A DNA stretch of 64,000 bases from Auanema rhodensis (lineage: Eukaryota; Animalia; Nematoda): positions 10,416,001 through 10,480,000 of the forward strand of contig OZ059900.1 in the NCBI GenBank assembly GCA_964057225.1, in the 5' to 3' direction. Shown piece after piece: positions 11,052 through 19,137 of this stretch (the first letter of the stretch is position 1; every line of letters begins with the position of its first letter). Both the position numbers and the translations under genes were made by a program. The notes beneath the pieces were generated by a model. The model was not told the origin of the DNA and did not search any database. It saw only the letters and a list, made by a program, of their open reading frames with translations.

Positions 11052-13193
11052 ATATAATTAACTTCCATATGATTACGTACATTTCGGGAGAGTGAGATAT
11101 GGTTACCGAAAACTCGAATGATATACGGATATCACCATCATAGGCCATGTTGCATGATGTTATACAGTCAACTTCTCTGGTTCCTTTGCAATATTCCGTG
11201 AAAATCTTTCGCCTTTTACTAAAGATTTCCGTGCATAGGGACGCATATGAGTATCTTTCATTTTGGAATCCCCTCGAAAGAGCGGGACATCAGCATATCA
11301 AAGCTTCAGATATAACAGGGTTGTAATATCTACAGCCTTCTTTAAAGAAAACAGCGGATTCAAAAGAAATAAAATAAACTGTAGTTTGCTTTCATCTACA
11401 GTATGTATAGTTACATATATACATATAATTAACTTCCATATGATTACGTACATTTCGGGAGAGTGAGATATGGTTACCGAAAACTCGAATGATATACGGA
11501 TATCACCATCATAGGCCATGTTGCATGATGTTATACAGTCAACTTCTCTGGTTCCTTTGCAATATTCCGTGAAAATCTTTCGCCTTTTACTAAAGATTTC
11601 CGTGCATAGGGACGCATATGAGTATCTTTCTTTTTGGAATCCCCTCGAAAGAGCGGGACATCAGCATATCAAAGCTTCAGATATAACAGGGTTGTAATAT
11701 CTACAGCCTTCTTTAAAGAAAACAGCGGATTCAAAAGAAATAAAATAAACTGTAGTTTGCTTTCATCTACAGTATGAATAGTTACATATATACATATAAT
11801 TAACTTCCATATGATTACGTACATTTCGGGAGAGTGAGATATGGTTACCGAAAACTCGAATGATATACGGATATCACCATCATAGGCCATGTTGCATGAT
11901 GTTATACAGTCAACTTCTCTGGTTCCTTTGCAATATTCCGTGAAAATCTTTCGCCTTTTACTAAAGATTTCCGTGCATAGGGACGCATATGAGTATCTTT
12001 CTTTTTGGAATCCCCTCGAAAGAGCGGGACATCAGCATATCAAAGCTTCAGATATAACAGGGTTGTAATATCTACAGCCTTCTTTAAAGAAAACAGCGGA
12101 TTCAAAAGAAATAAAATAAACTGTAGTTTGCTTTCATCTACAGTATGTATAGTTACATATATACATATAATTAACTTCCATATGATTACGTACATTTCGG
12201 GAGAGTGAGATATGGTTACCGAAAACTCGAATGATATACGGATATCACCATCATAGGCCATGTTGCATGATGTTATACAGTCAACTTCTCTGGTTCCTTT
12301 GCAATATTCCGTGAAAATCTTTCGCCTTTTACTAAAGATTTCCGTGCATAGGGACGCATATGAGTATCTTTCTTTTTGGAATCCCCTCGAAAGAGCGGGA
12401 CATCAGCATATCAAAGCTTCAGATATAACAGGGTTGTAATATCTACAGCCTTCTTTAAAGAAAACAGCGGATTCAAAAGAAATAAAATAAACTGTAGTTT
12501 GCTTTCATCTACAGTATGTATAGTTACATATATACATATAATTAACTTTCATATGATTACGTACATTTCGGGAGAGTGAGATATGGTTACCGAAAACTCG
12601 AATGATATACGGATATCACCATCATAGGCCATGTTGCATGATGTTATACAGTCAACTTCTCTGGTTCCTTTGCAATATTCCGTGAAAATCTTTCGCCTTT
12701 TACTAAAGATTTCCGTGCATAGGGACGCATATGAGTATCTTTCTTTTTGGAATCCCCTCGAAAGAGCGGGACATCAGCATATCAAAGCTTCTGATATAAC
12801 AGGGTTGTAATATCTACAGCCTTCTTTAAAGAAAACAGCGGATACAAAAGAAATACAATAAACTGTAGCTTACTTTCATCTACAGTATGTATAGTTACAT
12901 ATATACATATAATTAACTTTCATATGATTACGTACATTTCGGGAGAGTGAGATATGGTTACCGAAAACTCGAATGATATACGGATATCACCATCATAAGC
13001 CATGTTGCATGATGTTATACAGTCAACTTCTCTGGTTCCTTTGCAATATTCCGTGAAAATCTTTCGCCTTTTACTAAAGATTTCCGTGCATAGGGACGCA
13101 TATGAGTATCTTTCTTTTTGGAATCCCCTCGAAAGAGCGGGACATCAGCATATCAAAGCTTCTGATATAACAGGGTTGTAATCAGCCTTCTTT
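11052..13193. repeat. 371-bp satellite, left mini-array (about 5.8 monomers)
   Basis: Exact 371-bp periodicity (ORF starts at 11263, 12005, 12376); ends at ...cagccttcttt running into a T-tract. Confidence 0.98.
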
Positions 13194-13222
13194 TTTTTTT
13201 TTTTTTTTTTTTTATTTTTTTT
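13191..13222. repeat. T23 homopolymer plus T-rich tail at the left junction of the island
   Basis: T run 13191-13213; reads as AATAAA-containing A-rich/poly(A) on the minus strand. Confidence 0.9.
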
Positions 13223-13876
13223 ATTTCTCCATTAACTTTTGTGAATAGAAAAGAGACTTCTTTTTCATTTGCTTCATGAATGTTATAATTAATTTCGTAT
13301 TAATTTTTAAATTGATTTAGGTTAAATGTTCATTGTCGTTACCTTGCGTGATCACGAAGATAAGTCTCACAATTCCGTTAAATTGGTATTTGAATCTGAG
13401 GTATGTTTTCCATTTATATTCATTTTCTCATTTATGTTTTCCATACATAAATACAATTCAGTGTTTTAGGCGACAATCCAGCAGCTTCAAGATAAAATTC
13501 TCACTAGTTTCCAAGTTGCGATACGTCGTCAAGAGATATTCGAGCGCAATGCTCGTCGCATCGATTTGTTAAATGGTTCATTGGAAAATGCAGGACTTCG
13601 AGATAATGAAACGTTGATTCTGGTTAGTTATTTTGACATGTAATTCTGACATTTTTAAAAGCGAGAACTAATTATTTTTCATTTTTCCTTTTCAAGTTAT
13701 CAAAGTAGAATTTCGGGGATAAATATAATAATTTTTGAGATTAAAAATTGTGTTAAACAATTCTTATACAGCTAGTGAATTTTATAACAGTTTTATTTTA
13801 AATTGTTGTTGCACAAAATTAAATATAAGCCCATGACTAATAGTGCATTTTAGAAACACAGTGGACTGCAAAATCT

Positions 13877-14536
13877 CAAAACATTAAAAAAACGTTTTCT
13901 TTCGGTGAGTTCCCTTTGTCTCTAGCATCAAGCTATAAAGACCTCGGAGTTTTAACAGACCAAAACTTATTATTTGGTAGTCACATCAACTATGTTAGCA
14001 ACTTGGCAGCTCAAAAATGCCGCACCATTCTGCGCTGTTTCCATTCCAGATTCCCGACTCTAATGTTTAGACTTTTTTGTTGTTATGTCCGCCCCATTCT
14101 GGAATACGCATCAGTAGTATGGTCACCTCAAGATGAAAAAAACAAAAGAAGTATCGAGAACGTTCAGAAAAAGTTTTTACGAGCTGTTTTCTGTAGAGCA
14201 GGTACTTTTGGCAGTTATTCCGATCAGCTCGGCATACTGCAAGCTCAAGAATTATCAACCAGACGCTTGGTAACCGATCTGATATTTTACTTCAACCATA
14301 TAAAAGACTCAAATACCGAGATACATTCTAGAATTTTTACGATCAAAAAGTTTTCTCACTCTCTTCGTACACACCAATGGAATATCGACTTTCCTAATCT
14401 TCGAAAAAACGCATCAAGAAATGAAATTGAATACAGAGCGATCAAGACAAGGAATTCTTTACCCGACAACTTGGTTAACCTTGAGAAAACCAAAAGCTTC
14501 AGAAAACACCTCTACAATACTCTACAAACACCATAA
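13877..14536 (+). CDS. C-terminal fragment of CR1-like ORF2 (region downstream of the RT catalytic core); no authentic start
   Basis: Stop-free frame ...KKTFSFGEFPLSLASSYKDLGVLTDQNLLFGSHINY...KSFRKHLYNTLQTP*; ORF track 13916..14536; no YADD motif or endonuclease present. Confidence 0.85.
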   Translation, partial: QNIKKTFSFGEFPLSLASSYKDLGVLTDQNLLFGSHINYVSNLAAQKCRTILRCFHSRFPTLMFRLFCCYVRPILEYASVVWSPQDEKNKRSIENVQKKFLRAVFCRAGTFGSYSDQLGILQAQELSTRRLVTDLIFYFNHIKDSNTEIHSRIFTIKKFSHSLRTHQWNIDFPNLRKNASRNEIEYRAIKTRNSLPDNLVNLEKTKSFRKHLYNTLQTP

Positions 14537-14798
14537 TGTGATCTAAATAATTAATACGAGTGTTAATTTGTTCACTTTTCATTTTGTTAATTATTTCTCT
14601 TTCCATAGTCATATCCTTGTTCTGTTTTTTTGTTCGTGACAATTAGCAACAGTTTCCTATTTTCATCCCTTCTTTACTCCTTTGTTACTTCGTTTCATAT
14701 CTTATAGACATGAGTCATACGGATTGAACGCAAGTTATCTCCTATTGTTAGAACGGGCTCGGCTCAACTTATGAGTACCTCCGTACCTAACAACCACC

Positions 14799-14837
14799 AA
14801 CAGGAGATCAGCTTTTATGCTGAACAAACCCCCTGTT
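14799..14837 (+). other. Stem-loop in the LINE 3' UTR
   Basis: aacagg..tcagc-ttttat-gctga..cctgtt nested inverted repeat. Confidence 0.45.
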
Positions 14838-15695
14838 TTCTATGAAAAAAAGGAACTGCTTACAAATATTCACTCTCAGATTAACTTATTATTTTATCCA
14901 CCCTTCATTTTTTTCAATGTTCTTATTGCATGGCTCTTACTCACGTAACTTCTCATTTGTACTAATACCGTTTAGCCTGTAATACTGAACAATAAACCAA
15001 TAAACCAAAACAAAATTGGGCAGCATGCTTAGTTTTGGCCGACAGTGTTGCACAGAAGAAGCCCGATCATTTAAAGGCTAGATTTGCTAAACGAGGATTT
15101 AAAAATTTAATCGACCTTGAAAATTGTGAATTCTTCGAGACGTATCCTTCTTTCGCTGATAAGTTCGTGGAGTTATCGACTGTGTTCGACCGTTTTATTA
15201 TTGGAGTTGAAGAGAACATCAAAATAGTGAGTATTTTTGACGGCACTTTATTGAGTCAATAATTGCAATTTCCAGGCTGTGGGATCCTACTTCAGAAAGT
15301 ATTTCGCTAATGAAGCTCTTTCAATTACATTTTCTCCAAAACCGGGACAGCGACTCGACCATCCTTCACTGAACATGATTATACAAAATTGGAAGCTGCT
15401 TGAAAATTTTACAAAGGCAACTGAGAGCATTGCGAATGATTGCAAGCGGATGGAGAACATTATTTGGAGAGATGGCTATGACGAATATTTGAAAGTGGTA
15501 TTGGAGAATATTAAGTTGTTCAATAATATGTTGTAAATAAAGGTAGCTTAATTTTGGTGTGGAGTTTTTGGGTGTCCCAGAAATCTAAGTTTTGTGAGTT
15601 GATGAAAAATCGCATTATTATTTCGAGATCAAGATTTGTTAATGGTTTTAAATTTTTCCCTAGTTTCATCATTTATTTAGCATTATTTTTATTCA

Positions 15696-15902
15696 CCGTT
15701 CAAGCGCATTTTTCTCGACCATTTCGACTATGGATTTCGACCACATTTTCAAGGTAGCGCATTTCGACCTTTTTACCATTTTTGAAAATTGTTTAAAATG
15801 ACACATTTTCGAAGAGTTGAGACACAAAATCAATCAAAATAAGCCTTAAAATGGCTTAAAAATGTCAAAAATGAAGGTGGTCGAAAAGGTGCGCTAGAAC
15901 GG
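15696..15902. mobile_element. 207-bp MITE-like element with imperfect 24-25 bp terminal inverted repeats
   Basis: Left ccgttcaagcgcatttttctcgacc (15696-15720); reverse complement of right end (15879-15902) is ccgttctagcgcaccttttcgacc; internal ttcgac repeats; no clear TSD (ttca / caaa flanks). Confidence 0.7.
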
Positions 15903-16179
15903 CAAAATACATATTATTAATAAACTGTAGTTTGCTTTCATCTACAGTATGTATAGTTACATATATACATATAATTAACTTTCATATGATTACATACATT
16001 TCGGGAAAGTGAGATATGGTTACCGAAAACTCGAATGATATACGGATATCACCATCATAGGCCATGTTGCATGATGTTATACAGTCAACTTCTCTGGTTC
16101 CTTTGCAATATTCCGTGAAAATCTTTCGCCTTTTACTAAAGATTTCCGTGCATAGGGACGCATATGAGTATCTTTCTTT

Positions 16180-19137
16180 TTGGAATCCCCTCGAAAGAGC
16201 GGGACATCAGCATATCAAAGCTTCAGATATAACAGGGTTGTAATATCTACAGCCTTCTTTAAAGAAAACAGCGGATTCAAAAGAAATAAAATAAACTGTA
16301 GTTTGCTTTCATCTACAGTATGTATAGTTACATATATACATATAATTAACTTTCATATGATTACGTACATTTCGGGAAAGTGAGATATGGTTACCGAAAA
16401 CTCGAATGATATACGGATATCACCATCATAGGCCATGTTGCATGATGTTATACAGTCAACTTCTCTGGTTCCTTTGCAATATTCCGTGAAAATCTTTCGC
16501 CTTTTACTAAAGATTTCCGTGCATAGGGACGCATATGAGTATCTTTCTTTTTGGAATCCCCTCGAAAGAGCGGGACATCAGCATATCAAAGCTTCAGATA
16601 TAACAGGGTTGTAATATCTACAGCCTTCTTTAAAGAAAACAGCGGATTCAAAAGAAATAAAATAAACTGTAGTTTGCTTTCATCTACAGTATGTATAGTT
16701 ACATATATACATATAATTAACTTTCATATGATTACGTACATTTCGGGAGAGTGAGATATGGTTACCGAAAACTCGAATGATATACGGATATCACCATCAT
16801 AGGCCATGTTGCATGATGTTATACAGTCAACTTCTCTGGTTCCTTTGCAATATTCCGTGAAAATCTTTCGCCTTTTACTAAAGATTTCCGTGCATAGGGA
16901 CGCATATGAGTATCTTTCTTTTTGGAATCCCCTCGAAAGAGCGGGACATCAGCATATCAAAGCTTCAGATATAACAGGGTTGTAATATCTACAGCCTTCT
17001 TTAAAGAAAACAGCGGATTCAAAAGAAATAAAATAAACTGTAGTTTGCTTTCATCTACAGTATGTATAGTTACATGTATACATATAATTAACTTCCATAT
17101 GATTACGTACATTTCGGGAGAGTGAGATATGGTTACCGAAAACTCGAATGATATACGGATATCACCATCATAGGCCATGTTGCATGATGTTATACAGTCA
17201 ACTTCTCTGGTTCCTTTGCAATATTCCGTGAAAATCTTTCGCCTTTTACTAAAGATTTCCGTGCATAGGGACGCATATGAGTATCTTTCTTTTTGGAATC
17301 CCCTCGAAAGAGCGGGACATCAGCATATCAAAGCTTAAGATATAACAGGGTTGTAATCAGCCTTCTTTAAAGAAAACAGCGGATTCAAAAGAAATAAAAT
17401 AAACTGTAGTTTGCTTTTATCTACAGTATGTATAGTTACATATATACATATAATTAACTTTCATATGATTACGTACATTTCGGGAGAGTGAGATATGGTT
17501 ACCGAAAACTCGAATGATATACGGATATCACCATCATAGGCCATGTTGCATGATGTTATACAGTCAACTTCTCTGGTTCCTTTGCAATATTCCGTGAAAA
17601 TCTTTCGCCTTTTACTAAAGATTTCCGTGCATAGGGACGCATATGAGTATCTTTCTTTTTGGAATCCCCTCGAAAGAGCGGGACATCAGCATATCAAAGC
17701 TTCAGATATAACAGGGTTGTAATATCTACAGCCTTCTTTAAAGAAAACAGCGGATTCAAAAGAAATAAAATAAACTGTAGTTTGCTTTCATCTACAGTAT
17801 GTATAGTTACATATATACATATAATTAACTTTCATATGATTACGTACATTTCGGGAAAGTGAGATATGGTTACCGAAAACTCGAATGATATACGGATATC
17901 ACCATCATAGGCCATGTTGCATGATGTTATACAGTCAACTTCTCTGGTTCCTTTGCAATATTCCGTGAAAATCTTTCGCCTTTTACTAAAGATTTCCGTG
18001 CATAGGGACGCATATGAGTATCTTTCTTTTTGGAATCCCCTCGAAAGAGCGGGACATCAGCATATCAAAGCTTCAGATATAACAGGGTTGTAATATCTAC
18101 AGCCTTCTTTAAAGAAAACAGCGGATTCAAAAGAAATAAAATAAACTGTAGTTTGCTTTCATCTACAGTATGTATAGTTACATATATACATATAATTAAC
18201 TTTCATATGATTACGTACATTTCGGGAGAGTGAGATATGGTTACCGAAAACTCGAATGATATACGGATATCACCATCATAGGCCATGTTGCATGATGTTA
18301 TACAGTCAACTTCTCTGGTTCCTTTGCAATATTCCGTGAAAATCTTTCGCCTTTTACTAAAGATTTCCGTGCATAGGGACGCATATGAGTATCTTTCTTT
18401 TTGGAATCCCCTCGAAAGAGCGGGACATCAGCATATCAAAGCTTCAGATATAACAGGGTTGTAATATCTACAGCCTTCTTTAAAGAAAACAGCGGATTCA
18501 AAAGAAATAAAATAAACTGTAGTTTGCTTTCATCTACAGTATGTATAGTTACATGTATACATATAATTAACTTCCATATGATTACGTACATTTCGGGAGA
18601 GTGAGATATGGTTACCGAAAACTCGAATGATATACGGATATCACCATCATAGGCCATGTTGCATGATGTTATACAGTCAACTTCTCTGGTTCCTTTGCAA
18701 TATTCCGTGAAAATCTTTCGCCTTTTACTAAAGATTTCCGTGCATAGGGACGCATATGAGTATCTTTCTTTTTGGAATCCCCTCGAAAGAGCGGGACATC
18801 AGCATATCAAAGCTTAAGATATAACAGGGTTGTAATCAGCCTTCTTTAAAGAAAACAGCGGATTCAAAAGAAATAAAATAAACTGTAGTTTGCTTTTATC
18901 TACAGTATGTATAGTTACATATATACATATAATTAACTTTCATATGATTACGTACATTTCGGGAGAGTGAGATATGGTTACCGAAAACTCGAATGATATA
19001 CGGATATCACCATCATAGGCCATGTTGCATGATGTTATACAGTCAACTTCTCTGGTTCCTTTGCAATATTCCGTGAAAATCTTTCGCCTTTTACTAAAGA
19101 TTTCCGTGCATAGGGACGCATATGAGTATCTTTCTTT
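16180..19137. repeat. 4-monomer higher-order repeat (1479 bp x2)
   Basis: Ordered variants ggaaagt / tttcat / catgtatac / gcttaaga+5-bp deletion recur at +1479 (3x371+366). Confidence 0.9.

Larger units (their letters stand above)
13875..15010 (+). mobile_element. 5'-truncated CR1/L2-group non-LTR retrotransposon (ORF2 C-terminus + 3' UTR), 6-bp TSD CAAAAT
   Basis: CR1-type post-RT motifs KDLGV, YVRPILEYASVVWSP, IENVQKKF, LSTRR, RNSLP; 3' end of short repeats caataaac-caataaac-caaaa; CAAAAT at 13869-13874 and 15011-15016. Confidence 0.9.
13326..15536 (+). pseudogene. 4-exon gene (about 239 aa when reconstituted) with an N-terminal ubiquitin-like domain, disrupted by a CR1-like insertion in exon 3
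   Basis: Exons 13326-13400, 13470-13622, 13854-13874 + 15017-15226, 15276-15536; introns of 69, 231 and 49 nt, GT-AG, phase 0; tttAG acceptor 5 nt before the ATG; AATAAA at 15536-15541. MFIVVTLRD...VKLVFESEATIQQLQDKILTSFQVAIRRQEIF...SLENAGLRDNETLIL follows the ubiquitin pattern (MQIFV...TIENVKAKI...QQRLIF...TLSDYNIQKESTLHL); no diglycine at the domain end. Confidence 0.8.
13194..15918. other. 2.7-kb non-satellite composite island interrupting one satellite monomer
   Basis: Satellite stops at TTCTTT| and resumes at |AATAAACTGTAG (15919), 29 bp further along the monomer; no target-site duplication. Confidence 0.85.

Noticed and set aside
11655-11669. Selenocysteine or TGA=Trp recoding at C*C in the minus-strand frame
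   Set aside because: No SECIS identified, other monomers gain TAG or additional TGA codons, and there is no evidence of translation.
11575-11670. Hammerhead ribozyme in the monomer (minus strand CTGATG + hairpin, and a CGAAA further on)
   Set aside because: Core reads CUGAUGU rather than CUGANGA, the hairpin is not directly followed by GAAA, and stems I/III cannot be built.
13863-13898. GLQNLKTLKKRF resembling GLKNLSTKTLKKRF in exon 8 of the 9214-10849 gene
   Set aside because: The peptide spans the host/LINE junction in A-rich sequence and the similarity does not extend; treated as coincidence.
13863-15043. GLQNWAACLVLAD resembling the Methyltransf_16 GLxxWxAAxxLA motif
   Set aside because: The required downstream SAM-binding motif I (VLELGxGxG) is absent.
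13191-15918. Island as a processed retrocopy of the UBL gene
   Set aside because: Introns are retained and the T-tract lies at the gene's 5' side, in the wrong orientation for its poly(A) tail.
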